Assembly (NCBI GenBank): GCA_031291825.1
Contig: JARLIG010000008.1
Location: forward strand, 5,674 to 69,673
Reading direction: 5' to 3'
Origin: Minisyncoccota bacterium
GTDB taxonomy: Bacteria; Patescibacteriota; Minisyncoccia; Phycocordibacterales; UBA9973
Length of the DNA stretch: 64,000 bases
The translations under genes and the position numbers were made by a program. Each line of letters begins with the position of its first letter. The first letter of the stretch is position 1. Shown here one piece after another: positions 52,551 through 61,517 of the stretch. The notes beneath the pieces are model-generated. The model had not been told where the DNA came from, made no database searches, and was given only the letters and a program-made list of their open reading frames with translations.

Positions 52551-54578
52551 TTAAACACTCAAGATTACAGGAATGACTAGAGGTCTCTTGGCAGTTTTTT
52601 GGTATAAGAATTTTGAAATATTTTCTCCCAAGTTGGCTTTAATGTGGTCAAAATCCATATTGTTTTCACCCTGATTTAAGGAAAGGGGAACCTTGGCAGT
52701 CATATCTTCGATTGATTTTTTAATAATGATTCTAACCTGACGCAGAAGTTCTTGATTTTCTTTTAAGTAAACAAATCCTCTGGAAATTAAGTCTGGAGAT
52801 TTTTTGAGCTTTCCAGTTTTTTGGTCAAGCAAAGCAATGATGACAAACATACCATCTTGTGAAAGCATCTGACGGTCTCGGATGACGACATCTTGGGTGT
52901 CAGAGACGGAAGTGCCGTCCACCAACATTGGTCCACTTGGAGCTGTTTCTTTTCTTCTTGTTATTTTTTGTCCATCAGCGGATATTTCAATTATTGAACC
53001 ATTGTCTGGTACGACAATATTTTCTTCTGACATCCCCAGTTCCATTGCTAGCTCTTTGTGTTTTTCCAAAAAAGAATGATTTCCATGAATTGGAATAAAG
53101 AATTTTGGATGAGTCTTGTGGTGAAGCCATTTAATGTCTTCTTGGTTGCCGTGACCAGTCGCGTGAACAAAGTCTTCTCCAGCAGTGCGGTAACTGATAA
53201 TTTTTACACCCTGTCTAGTTAAACCATCTTTCATTTTTTGAACCTTAAGTTCATTACCTGGAATGATGGAGGCAGAAAGAATGATTGTATCACCTTTGTG
53301 GAGTTTAAATTTAGTGTGTGATTTATTGGCTGCGCGATTGAGTGAAGCAAATTCTTCGCCTTGCGCGCCAGTCATTAAGATAATGACTTTATTTGGAGGA
53401 TAATTATCAGCATCTTCAATTGGAATAATCGTGCCCTTTTTTGGGGTGAAAAGTCCAGCTTCAATTGCTACATCGATGTTTGTTTTCATCGAACGTCCAT
53501 CCAAAACTATTTTTTTACCCATGGTCTCTGCAAATTTAACAATATGAGCCAATCTGGTAATATGTGAAGCGAAAGCGGCAATAATCATTCGACCTTGTAC
53601 TTTTTTTATTAAATTCTCAAGTCCTTGGTGGACTTTTATTTCCGGTAGAGAAAAACCTTCATTTTCGATATTAGTGGAATCAGTCATCAAAAGAAGCACT
53701 TTAGCTTTGTCGAAAATTGAATATTCTCTTTCTTCATCTTTGGCGACGACTCCGTCTACTTGGTCTAGCTTATAATCTCCCGGAGTGACAATCCAGCCGT
53801 TGGCGGTTTCGATAATTATTCCCATTGAGTCTGGAATAGTATGGGTGACACCGAAGAATCGGATTTTTATTTTTCCACAAGTTATAACTGAATCTTTTTC
53901 TACAATAACTTCTTTCATGGGTGCTAATTGTGGAAATTCTGCTTGACGTTTTCGCATCATCAAGATAGAAAGATTTCTAGAATAAACTGGTGGGTTTCCA
54001 ATGCGTGAAAGTACCAATGGTACACCACCAATGTGGTCTAAGTGCCCGTGAGTAATCAAAAGCGCACGAATTTTATCTTTGCGTTCTTCTAGATAAGTCG
54101 TATTTGGTATCACATAGTCAACTCCAGGGGTGGCTTCAGTAGAAAAAAGCATACCAGCATCAATAATAACGATGTCGTCATCGATTTCGATAGCAGTCAT
54201 ATTTTTCCCAATTTCTTCTACTCCGCCGAGCGGGATAATACGCACCACGCCTTTTTCTGGTGGGGGAATTTTTGCCATGTTAGCGTTCTTGTATTGATTT
54301 TTTTGAGGAAAAGAGCCAGTGGAAGAACTTGGTCCAAATCTTTTTTTGGTATATTGATATGTAGAACTTTTTAAGTTTCTTTTATTTTGCGTGTTTCTTC
54401 CAGGTGTCCCGTGTTTTTGGATGACAGATGTTCCACGTCTTGATAAATTACCTCCAGACGTTCCACGTCTGGAAGCTTCCAGACGTGGAACGTCTGGAGA
54501 AGCTGAGTTTGTACCTTTGTTTTCCTCCTTAGTGTCCTTTGTTATAGACGAGAAAGAGAGTCTTGTTTTTTTTGTCAT
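52551..54578 (-). CDS. rnj: Ribonuclease J with long N-terminal extension
   Basis: PLGGVEEIGKNM, THGHLDHIG, HTIPD, HATGH, PIHG, ISRGFVY. Confidence 0.95.
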   Translation of the reverse strand: MTKKTRLSFSSITKDTKEENKGTNSASPDVPRLEASRRGTSGGNLSRRGTSVIQKHGTPGRNTQNKRNLKSSTYQYTKKRFGPSSSTGSFPQKNQYKNANMAKIPPPEKGVVRIIPLGGVEEIGKNMTAIEIDDDIVIIDAGMLFSTEATPGVDYVIPNTTYLEERKDKIRALLITHGHLDHIGGVPLVLSRIGNPPVYSRNLSILMMRKRQAEFPQLAPMKEVIVEKDSVITCGKIKIRFFGVTHTIPDSMGIIIETANGWIVTPGDYKLDQVDGVVAKDEEREYSIFDKAKVLLLMTDSTNIENEGFSLPEIKVHQGLENLIKKVQGRMIIAAFASHITRLAHIVKFAETMGKKIVLDGRSMKTNIDVAIEAGLFTPKKGTIIPIEDADNYPPNKVIILMTGAQGEEFASLNRAANKSHTKFKLHKGDTIILSASIIPGNELKVQKMKDGLTRQGVKIISYRTAGEDFVHATGHGNQEDIKWLHHKTHPKFFIPIHGNHSFLEKHKELAMELGMSEENIVVPDNGSIIEISADGQKITRRKETAPSGPMLVDGTSVSDTQDVVIRDRQMLSQDGMFVIIALLDQKTGKLKKSPDLISRGFVYLKENQELLRQVRIIIKKSIEDMTAKVPLSLNQGENNMDFDHIKANLGENISKFLYQKTAKRPLVIPVILSV
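54425..54440. repeat. Degenerate half copy of palindromic element in rnj
   Basis: CAGATGTTCCACGTCT, encoding a second RRGTS. Confidence 0.65.
54452..54499. repeat. 48-bp nested palindromic element, copy 4 (in-frame in rnj)
   Basis: CTCCAGACGTTCCACGTCTGGAAGCTTCCAGACGTGGAACGTCTGGAG, perfect palindrome. Confidence 0.95.
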
Positions 54579-54592
54579 TAATTATTTTTTTA

Positions 54593-56347
54593 TTACTTAC
54601 TAAATATTTTCCAAACGTTTTCCGTCTCGGTATACCATGAATATACGTTTGAAAAACGATCTTCAGCAGAAGTGATGTTCTCGATAGAAATCCCTTTTAC
54701 TTTTGGCGACACTACATATATAAATTTTGGACTGTATAGAAAGACGGCAGGCATGTCTTGTTCGATATCAGTTTCAAATTGAGTGTAATCTTTAATTTGG
54801 GCTTGTTCGTTGATGTTTGTGGCGGCATCTTCTAAAAGTTTATCCACTTTAGCGTTGGTATACATGGCGACATTTAGTCCAGGATCGTTTCGTTCTGAAG
54901 AATTCCAGAAAGCCAACAGGTCCGACGCATGATTGATGATTTCTCCAAACAAGAGAGCATCATAATCCCTAGGACGGATGACGCTTTGATTTAGATTACC
55001 GATTTCAAAAGTCTTGATGTCGACTTTTATTCCAACCGTCGCTAAATCTTGCTGTATCAATCCAGCGGTTTGTACGAGTTCTGGAGCATCACTGGTTGAA
55101 ATAGAAAATTCCAAAGGCGTGAGAGTTTTCTTTTTATTTTTATCAATCATTGTTTTCTGCAAGAAGCCGCTAGTACCCATCGTCCAGCCGTCTTTAGCCA
55201 AGTTGCTTTTTACGTTTTGTAGAATCTGGTCGCGACTCATATTGTTCGTTCCACTCAGTACCTGATAAGACATGATGCTTGGCGGTATCGGATTGTCAAT
55301 CACGACGCCATATCCAAACAATACTTGATTTACTATATTGTCTTTGTCGATAACTTGGTCGATAGACTTAGTGACCACTTTGTCGGTAAAAATTCTATTT
55401 TGATTTTGATTAAAAAATAGTCCAAAAACTCTTGGAAGCACAGAGGAATCTATTTCGTAATTTCTTTCTTTTAAAATATCTGCGTTTAAAGGAGTAATCG
55501 AACTTATCTGGTCTACTGTCCCATTCTCAAGAGCATTTATTAATCCGTCTTCGTCGGAATAAAAATACATATTCATGTCTTTGATATATGGTTCACCTAA
55601 AATAAATCTGCTAAAGGAGGTTAATTGATAAGAATCGATAACCCCTGATGATTCTTTGTTCACATTTTTAACCATATAAGGGCCAGAGCCGATAGGATTT
55701 ATGTTGGCGCTATTTAATTCTACTGCTGAATTTCCCCAGATAGACGCTGGCATGATGCCAAGTGTTGCGCTATCAAGAAAATCAGGATAAGGTTGTTTTA
55801 AAGTGAACTCTATGGTCTTATCGTCTATTTTGCTTGCAGTCACACCCTCCCAGTCAACTTCGCGAGGACTTTGGATAATAGGGTCCTTGGCTTCATTTAC
55901 TGTAAAGACAACATCGTCGGCAGTTACTGGTTCTCCGTTTTGGAAATATATTTTATCTTTTAGGGTGAAAGTATAAGTGAGGCCATCTTTGGACATCGTA
56001 TAATTTGCTGCCAAGTCAGGAGTGATTGTTCCATCAGAATTTTTTCTCATTAGCCCGGAATAAATGAGCGATACCATATCTAGGTCAGCAGGAGAGCTGG
56101 CGAGGATGGGGTTGATAAAACGTGGAGTTCCGACAATGCCTTCCGAGAGAGAGCCACCGTGGAGCGGAACACTCACCATCATCATTTTATTAATACTTTC
56201 TAAGATACATGCCGTGCTGATAATGAGTATTAAAACTAGCGCAGCGAAAATGATACGTTCCTTTTTAGAGAAAATATGAAAAACTGAATTAATTTGATCT
56301 TTTTTAGGCAATTTAAAATTGCGGATCTGACTATAAAATTTTCCCAT
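54593..56347 (-). CDS. ABC transporter solute-binding protein, family 5 (OppA-like)
   Basis: PRFINP, IYSGL, DGLTYTFTL, VTADDVVFT, PIGSGPY. Confidence 0.92.
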   Translation of the reverse strand: MGKFYSQIRNFKLPKKDQINSVFHIFSKKERIIFAALVLILIISTACILESINKMMMVSVPLHGGSLSEGIVGTPRFINPILASSPADLDMVSLIYSGLMRKNSDGTITPDLAANYTMSKDGLTYTFTLKDKIYFQNGEPVTADDVVFTVNEAKDPIIQSPREVDWEGVTASKIDDKTIEFTLKQPYPDFLDSATLGIMPASIWGNSAVELNSANINPIGSGPYMVKNVNKESSGVIDSYQLTSFSRFILGEPYIKDMNMYFYSDEDGLINALENGTVDQISSITPLNADILKERNYEIDSSVLPRVFGLFFNQNQNRIFTDKVVTKSIDQVIDKDNIVNQVLFGYGVVIDNPIPPSIMSYQVLSGTNNMSRDQILQNVKSNLAKDGWTMGTSGFLQKTMIDKNKKKTLTPLEFSISTSDAPELVQTAGLIQQDLATVGIKVDIKTFEIGNLNQSVIRPRDYDALLFGEIINHASDLLAFWNSSERNDPGLNVAMYTNAKVDKLLEDAATNINEQAQIKDYTQFETDIEQDMPAVFLYSPKFIYVVSPKVKGISIENITSAEDRFSNVYSWYTETENVWKIFSK

Positions 56348-56433
56348 AAATTAAAAATACATTGCAAGCACGAGAAATTCTTTTAGTAAAAAAAATCAGT
56401 ACTCTACAAACATTCTTTCGTTCTTACTAGTTT

Positions 56434-56676
56434 TTAAATCTGCGCTTTGATAATTATAGACAAAAGTGCCAAAAAAGCAAAAAGGAAGGCACAAACAATA
56501 GACAAATAAAAGAGGAACTTTTCAAAGCCTCGACGGGTGTGATGAAAAGCGCTGGAGTCATCTCCACCGAGCGCACCACCCATACCAGCAGCTGATTGCT
56601 GAAGCAGAATAGCTGTTACCAATATAACTGAAACAATAATCTGCACATAAGGCAGAAACTTAGCTAACAAATTCAT
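56434..56676 (-). CDS. secG: Preprotein translocase subunit SecG
   Basis: ILLQQSAAGMGGALGG...TRRGFEKFL; start ATG 56676. Confidence 0.88.
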   Translation of the reverse strand: MNLLAKFLPYVQIIVSVILVTAILLQQSAAGMGGALGGDDSSAFHHTRRGFEKFLFYLSIVCAFLFAFLALLSIIIKAQI

Positions 56677-56731
56677 ACAGAGATTATTGCATATTTGGAG
56701 TAAAGATGCAATACATGATATAATTTTTGAT

Positions 56732-57742
56732 ATGAAAAACGACAAAAATAACAATCAGCTTTCAATATTAGGTTTGTTCGAGAAATTATTCCATAATTTT
56801 AATGCTCGCGCGATGAAGGATGCGACACTCGCTTTCAAGAAGCATCTAGATGACGGCGGCAAGATGTTTCTCGCGATGGGCGGAGCGATGTCTTCTGCTC
56901 AGATGGGTATCACGCTTGCTTCTATGATTAAAGAAAATAAGATTCATGCGATTTCTTGCACTGGCGCAAACTTGGAAGAATCTGTTTTTCGTCTTGTGGC
57001 GCACAATAGTTATAAAGATTATCCAGATTATCGATATTTTACCAAGGAAGATGATGAGGCGATTTTAAATCGCGGAGAACGTCGCGTGACCGATACTTCC
57101 ATTCCCGAAGAAGAAGCTTTCCGTGTGGTGGAGCCGATTATTTTAAAACGTTGGAAAGAAGCGGAAAAAAACGGCGAGCGTTTTTTTCCGCATGAATATT
57201 TTTACCAAATACTTTTGTCGGATGAATTAAAAGGTAAATACGAGGGCAGTCCAGAACATTGCTGGCTCTTGGAAGCGGCGAAGAAAAATTTACCGATTGT
57301 GGTGCCAGGTTGGGAAGACTCTACTTTGGGAAATATTTTTGCTGGATATTGTAAGGCAGGAGAAATTAAACCTAGTGTCATGAAGACAGGAGTGGAATAC
57401 ATGATGTATCTTTACGACCGATACACTGAGCTTGCGGCGGGAGGTCCAGGACTTGGCTTCTTCCAGATTGGTGGAGGAATTTCTGGAGACTTTCCGATTT
57501 GTGTCGTGCCTTCTATAAAATATGATTTGAAAAAACCAGTGCGACCTTGGGGATATTTCTGCCAGATTTCTGATAGTACCACTTCTTACGGTTCGTATTC
57601 TGGAGCGACTCCAAATGAAAAAATAACTTGGGATAAACTCACTAAAGAAACTCCAATGTTCGTCATCGAGTCGGATGCCACCATCGTCGCTCCTCTGATG
57701 TTTGAAGCCATTTTAGACCGCTACACTTTATCCCTCAAATAG
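56732..57742 (+). CDS. Deoxyhypusine synthase-like protein (probable homospermidine synthesis)
   Basis: GGAMS, SCTGANLEE, IGGG, YGSYSGATPNEKITWDK, ESDATIVAP. Confidence 0.9.
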   Translation: MKNDKNNNQLSILGLFEKLFHNFNARAMKDATLAFKKHLDDGGKMFLAMGGAMSSAQMGITLASMIKENKIHAISCTGANLEESVFRLVAHNSYKDYPDYRYFTKEDDEAILNRGERRVTDTSIPEEEAFRVVEPIILKRWKEAEKNGERFFPHEYFYQILLSDELKGKYEGSPEHCWLLEAAKKNLPIVVPGWEDSTLGNIFAGYCKAGEIKPSVMKTGVEYMMYLYDRYTELAAGGPGLGFFQIGGGISGDFPICVVPSIKYDLKKPVRPWGYFCQISDSTTSYGSYSGATPNEKITWDKLTKETPMFVIESDATIVAPLMFEAILDRYTLSLK

Positions 57743-57756
57743 TTCATAATATAAAC

Positions 57757-58293
57757 ATGAAAGAGGAAATAGACGACAATGTCATAGACGATATTTTAGT
57801 CGCAGCCTATCCTGAATATAAGACTACTTTTCCTGAGCGTTATATTGACCATTACTTAGAACAATATAGAATCTACCTACTCATCTTTGATAATCTTTCC
57901 GACCGTCGTCAAAAGTCCAACGAATTTTTTCTTGCAATCAATACCGCTATTATGGGCATTATGGGATATTTTGAAATCAAAACTATTTCTGATTCGCAGA
58001 CAATTTTTGTTTTAGTTCCGCTCGTCGGTATGGCGATTTGTTTTTGCTGGTATCGAATGATTTTATCTTACAGTCAGTTAAATCGTGCAAAATTTAAAGT
58101 CATTCATACGCTCGAACAGAAATTGCCAGCTAAGCTTTTTGATACTGAGTGGCAGATTTTAGGCGGTGGGAAAAATCGCAGTAAATATTTTCCACTTTCA
58201 CACGCGGAGAGATTCATTCCGATAATTTTCATCGTGCTATATATCATTATTTTTATAGTAAATTCTCCCGTCGCCAAGTTTCTTAGTCTTTGA
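57757..58293 (+). CDS. Small integral membrane protein (RipA-like family)
   Basis: LEQY...SDRRQKSNEFFLAIN, SYSQLNRAKFKVIH.LE..LP. Confidence 0.7.
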   Translation: MKEEIDDNVIDDILVAAYPEYKTTFPERYIDHYLEQYRIYLLIFDNLSDRRQKSNEFFLAINTAIMGIMGYFEIKTISDSQTIFVLVPLVGMAICFCWYRMILSYSQLNRAKFKVIHTLEQKLPAKLFDTEWQILGGGKNRSKYFPLSHAERFIPIIFIVLYIIIFIVNSPVAKFLSL

Positions 58294-58333
58294 AATCTTG
58301 AAATAAAAACTCTCCTCATACGGCATAACTTAC

Positions 58334-58486
58334 ATGTTAATAACAATCGCAGTTATTTTGTTGGTTCTATGGCTTCTAGGTTTTATGAGTGGCTATGTTT
58401 TAGGAGGATTTATTCACGTTCTCTTGGTTGTAGCGATCATTCTATTTTTGATCCGTATCATTCAAGGCAGAAATCCACTTAAATAA
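58334..58486 (+). CDS. lmo0937/DUF5670-like small membrane protein (50 aa, not in ORF track)
   Basis: MLITIAVILLVLWLLGFMSGYVLGGFIHVLLVVAIILFLIRIIQGRNPLK. Confidence 0.85.
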   Translation: MLITIAVILLVLWLLGFMSGYVLGGFIHVLLVVAIILFLIRIIQGRNPLK

Positions 58487-58525
58487 TCTAGACAAAATAA
58501 ACACTCTAGGTGTAATATTTAGTAT

Positions 58526-59623
58526 ATGAAAAAAATACTATTGTTTTGTGCAATGGTTTTTTCGTTTCTATTTTTACAAACTAATCAGGCGCAAGCTTCG
58601 TATCATTTCTCAAATTATAAAGGCCGGCCACCGATACATGTTTTGGGTGGAGCGACAAAAACTCCAAGCGGAATCACTCCCTCGCAAATAAAAAATTTCT
58701 ATAATCTTCCGACTTCTGGCGGACACGGCACGATTGTAATCATCGGTGCTTATGATGATTCGGCAATTGAAAAAGATTTAAATATTTTTAGTACACAATT
58801 TAATTTACCAAGTTGCACGACTGCTAATGGATGTTTTACTAAACATAAAATGTCTGCGACGGTGAAAAGCAATAGTGGTTGGGCGATGGAAACTAGTCTG
58901 GATATTGAATGGGCACATGCGATTGCTCCAAATGCAAAAATTATGCTAGTGGAAGCTGTTACTCCTTCCGGCGCGAATTTATTAAAGGCGGTGGATTATG
59001 CGGCCAGTGTAAAAGATGCAAGTGCAATTTCTATGAGTTGGGGTGGAGCGGAATTTCCCGAAGAAACAAATCTTGATTCACATTTCCAAAGTGTTTCTGG
59101 CGCGCCGTTTTTCGCTTCGTCGGGAGACAACGGCGCGGGCGCATCTTGGCCGGCAGCTTCGCCCGATGTTATCGGTGTCGGTGGGACGACAATAGCTGTA
59201 AAAAGTGATGGAACATTTTCCAAAGAAACAGCTTGGACGGGAAGTGGAGGTGGGGTCAGTGCTTATGAAAAAGAACCAACTTTTCAAAATGGATATTCAA
59301 TACCGAAGGCGGGAGGTATGCGCGCGGTTCCTGATGTTGCTTATGATGCGAATCCCACTTCTGGTTTTCCGATTGAGCGAGGTGGAAAATGGTATGTCGT
59401 GGGTGGAACATCAGCTGGCGCGCCGCAATGGGCGGCCATTGCGGCGCTAGGAAGTGGAATAAATTTAAATAATCTTTACGGAGATAAAAATGGAGATAAC
59501 AACGGAAAATATTTTCGTGATATTACAGCCGGTTCCAACGGCGATTGCGGATATTATTGTTCAGCACGAAAACATTATGACTATATTACGGGTTTAGGCA
59601 GTCCATTGACAGACAGCTTCTAG
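58526..59623 (+). CDS. Secreted S53 (sedolisin-like) serine peptidase
   Basis: ETSLDIE, SMSWG, ASSGDNG, VPDVA, GGTSAGAP, YDYITGLGSP. Confidence 0.92.
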   Translation: MKKILLFCAMVFSFLFLQTNQAQASYHFSNYKGRPPIHVLGGATKTPSGITPSQIKNFYNLPTSGGHGTIVIIGAYDDSAIEKDLNIFSTQFNLPSCTTANGCFTKHKMSATVKSNSGWAMETSLDIEWAHAIAPNAKIMLVEAVTPSGANLLKAVDYAASVKDASAISMSWGGAEFPEETNLDSHFQSVSGAPFFASSGDNGAGASWPAASPDVIGVGGTTIAVKSDGTFSKETAWTGSGGGVSAYEKEPTFQNGYSIPKAGGMRAVPDVAYDANPTSGFPIERGGKWYVVGGTSAGAPQWAAIAALGSGINLNNLYGDKNGDNNGKYFRDITAGSNGDCGYYCSARKHYDYITGLGSPLTDSF

Positions 59624-59678
59624 GTGTTGCATTTTGCTAGGTTTTTGGTAAGGTTTGGGTGAGAGGAGTACCAATCAA

Positions 59679-59879
59679 ATGAACATCCCTGGGAGTGTGG
59701 ACTATCGCAGGTTTGAGAGTGAGGGGGTCTGTGTGTTTACAACTTCTTCGGGTTTTACTGGAGAAGGAGCCTCCTTAAACGCAGCTGTAAAAGCTGCACA
59801 AGCAAAAGAAAAGGAAGGAGGGTTACTCAGTGAGCAAGTTGCAAACAGAGAAGTCATTTGCGGAAGCATCCTTGCCTGA
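59679..59879 (+). CDS. Small orphan protein
   Basis: SD AGGAG at 59664-59668, ATG 59679. Confidence 0.55.
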   Translation: MNIPGSVDYRRFESEGVCVFTTSSGFTGEGASLNAAVKAAQAKEKEGGLLSEQVANREVICGSILA

Positions 59880-60072
59880 AGAGCAACCTGCTTTGAGGCC
59901 GAAGTGCTCGCTCCCAATAGTTATTTCCATTTTTGGAGACGAGGGTGACGGTGCAGTCAGTAGTGCCATGCAACGCAGAAAAAACTTCAGAGCTCTTCTC
60001 GTAGCATTCACACAACATTTCGATGGGGTTACTGTCGAAGAACTTGCCGAAGAAAAAGGGGAAAAGTTTTAA
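59830..60072 (+). CDS. Possible small orphan protein
   Basis: GTG start, overlaps previous ORF by 50 nt; hairpin 60083-60117 follows stop. Confidence 0.4.
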   Translation: MSKLQTEKSFAEASLPEEQPALRPKCSLPIVISIFGDEGDGAVSSAMQRRKNFRALLVAFTQHFDGVTVEELAEEKGEKF

Positions 60073-60190
60073 ATCATTTGTGTGCCGGGGTAGCGAATTG
60101 AAAAATCGCCCCCGGCATTCGCTTGTCTAATAAATTTATTTTGATTTTATATATGAACTCTGTCATAGTTTAAGAGAAGGGAGACGTACC

Positions 60191-60406
60191 ATGAACAACA
60201 AAAAGATTGACCCGCCGTTACCGCCTGTCAATTTCGAGTTGGTGAAAGTTGACGGCGTGCAGATGTTTGAAGTATGCCTCCCGATTTACGGGGAGGTCAG
60301 GGCTGTTGGGGCTAACTACTCAGAAGCTCTCGCGAGTGCTTCTTTCTTGAGAGAGATGGCGAAAAGTCTTATCGAAGAACTTTGCGGTCCAGGACCGCAC
60401 AACTAA
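60191..60406 (+). CDS. Small orphan protein, HicB-N-like pattern
   Basis: TTGATT-N17-CATAGT promoter, SD AAGGGAG; FEVCLP...VRAVGANYSEAL. Confidence 0.65.
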   Translation: MNNKKIDPPLPPVNFELVKVDGVQMFEVCLPIYGEVRAVGANYSEALASASFLREMAKSLIEELCGPGPHN

Positions 60407-60410
60407 AACC

Positions 60411-60445
60411 ATGCCGACGAGAACTCAGAGAGTTCTCGTCGGCAT
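60411..60445. terminator. 16-bp perfect hairpin after orphan gene
   Basis: ATGCCGACGAGAACTC-AGA-GAGTTCTCGTCGGCAT; no T tract on + strand. Confidence 0.55.
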
Positions 60446-60473
60446 AAAACTATCTGCGTGCTAGAATAAACAG

Positions 60474-60728
60474 ATGAATTACATTCACGTCGCTGTCACT
60501 GCTGGCGCCAAAAAAGAATCTTTCTCGCCCCGTCGCTCGGGAGCGACAGGGGTAAAACCTTCAAAGGACCATTTTGAAATTTCTGTCAAAGAAAAAGCCG
60601 AGCGCAACATGGCAAACACTCGCGTGTTAGAAATCATCGCCGAACATTTTAATGTGCCGAAAAACAAAGTCCGCATAATCAACGGTCACAGACATCCCTC
60701 AAAACTTTTAGTGATAGAAGAAGATTAA
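60474..60728 (+). CDS. DUF167 (YggU/UPF0235) family protein with hairpin-derived insert
   Basis: VAVTAGAKKE...ISVKEKAERNMAN...IAEHFNV...IINGHRHPSK. Confidence 0.85.
   Translation: MNYIHVAVTAGAKKESFSPRRSGATGVKPSKDHFEISVKEKAERNMANTRVLEIIAEHFNVPKNKVRIINGHRHPSKLLVIEED
60527..60553 (+). repeat. GCCCCG...GGGGT hairpin element, in-frame in DUF167 gene
   Basis: GCCCCGTCGCTCGGGAGCGACAGGGGT (27 bp), encoding PRRSGATG. Confidence 0.75.
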
Positions 60729-61012
60729 ACGACTGGAGGTTTCTTTATATTTCTGTATCTGATAACTAGGAAAATCGTGATGCTCATCGTCACCAAGCTC
60801 ACAAAATTTGAAATAGCCGAGCCGAAGTCATGATGCAGGGAAGTATCGACAACCACGATGCCGACAGCGACCCAAGTCAAAAGATACATAGATAGAGAAA
60901 TGTCGTTTGAACTTTTGGTTTTAATTAACTTATAGATTTGTGGAACTCCAGAAATTAAAAACAAAATTGCTGGTAAGTAAAAGATATACTGCATTTGAAT
61001 ACTATACATCAA
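60725..61012 (-). CDS. PQ-loop / SemiSWEET family transporter
   Basis: VPQIYKLIKTKSSNDISL, three TMs, ISN. Confidence 0.85.
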   Translation of the reverse strand: MMYSIQMQYIFYLPAILFLISGVPQIYKLIKTKSSNDISLSMYLLTWVAVGIVVVDTSLHHDFGSAISNFVSLVTMSITIFLVIRYRNIKKPPVV

Positions 61013-61035
61013 ATTTTAAAAAATAAAAATTAAAG

Positions 61036-61072
61036 AGACGTCGGTATCCTGCGAAGCAGGAGCCCGACGTCT
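61036..61072. repeat. Intergenic hairpin with AGACGT/ACGTCT ends and GCGAAGC apex
   Basis: AGACGTCGG-TA-TCCTGC-GAA-GCAGGA-GC-CCGACGTCT. Confidence 0.7.
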
Positions 61073-61092
61073 GGGCTGTGCTAAACTAGTGA

Positions 61093-61515
61093 GTGCTTAA
61101 AAATAAAATTTACAATTTTTTTGGCAGGCGATATGTCGTCAGACGCAGAGTGATACGCGTTGCAGGGCCAAAGAAAATTCTCGGCCATCTCACGGCAAAA
61201 GATTTTAAGGAAAATAAAAAGGCATCGTATGCGCTCATAACCGAGAGGATTGCATATTTCAATCAATCGGGAGAATTTCCGGTAGGGAAGATATTTATAA
61301 AAAATCAAAAGACCAGATGGGGCAGCTGCTCAGGAAAAAGAAATTTGAGTTTCAATTACAAACTCCTTTTTCTGCCGGAAAATCTAAGAGACTATATTAT
61401 CATTCACGAACTCTGCCATCTAAAGGAAATGAATCATTCCAAAAATTTCTGGTCCCTCGTCGCCCTCCAAGTGCCAAATTACAAATCCCTCCGCAGACAA
61501 ATCAAGCCTTACTAG
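61093..61515 (+). CDS. YgjP/DUF45-like zinc metallopeptidase-family protein
   Basis: NQKTRWGSCS, DYIIIHELCHLKEMNHSKNFW. Confidence 0.9.
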   Translation: MLKNKIYNFFGRRYVVRRRVIRVAGPKKILGHLTAKDFKENKKASYALITERIAYFNQSGEFPVGKIFIKNQKTRWGSCSGKRNLSFNYKLLFLPENLRDYIIIHELCHLKEMNHSKNFWSLVALQVPNYKSLRRQIKPY

Positions 61516-61517
61516 AA

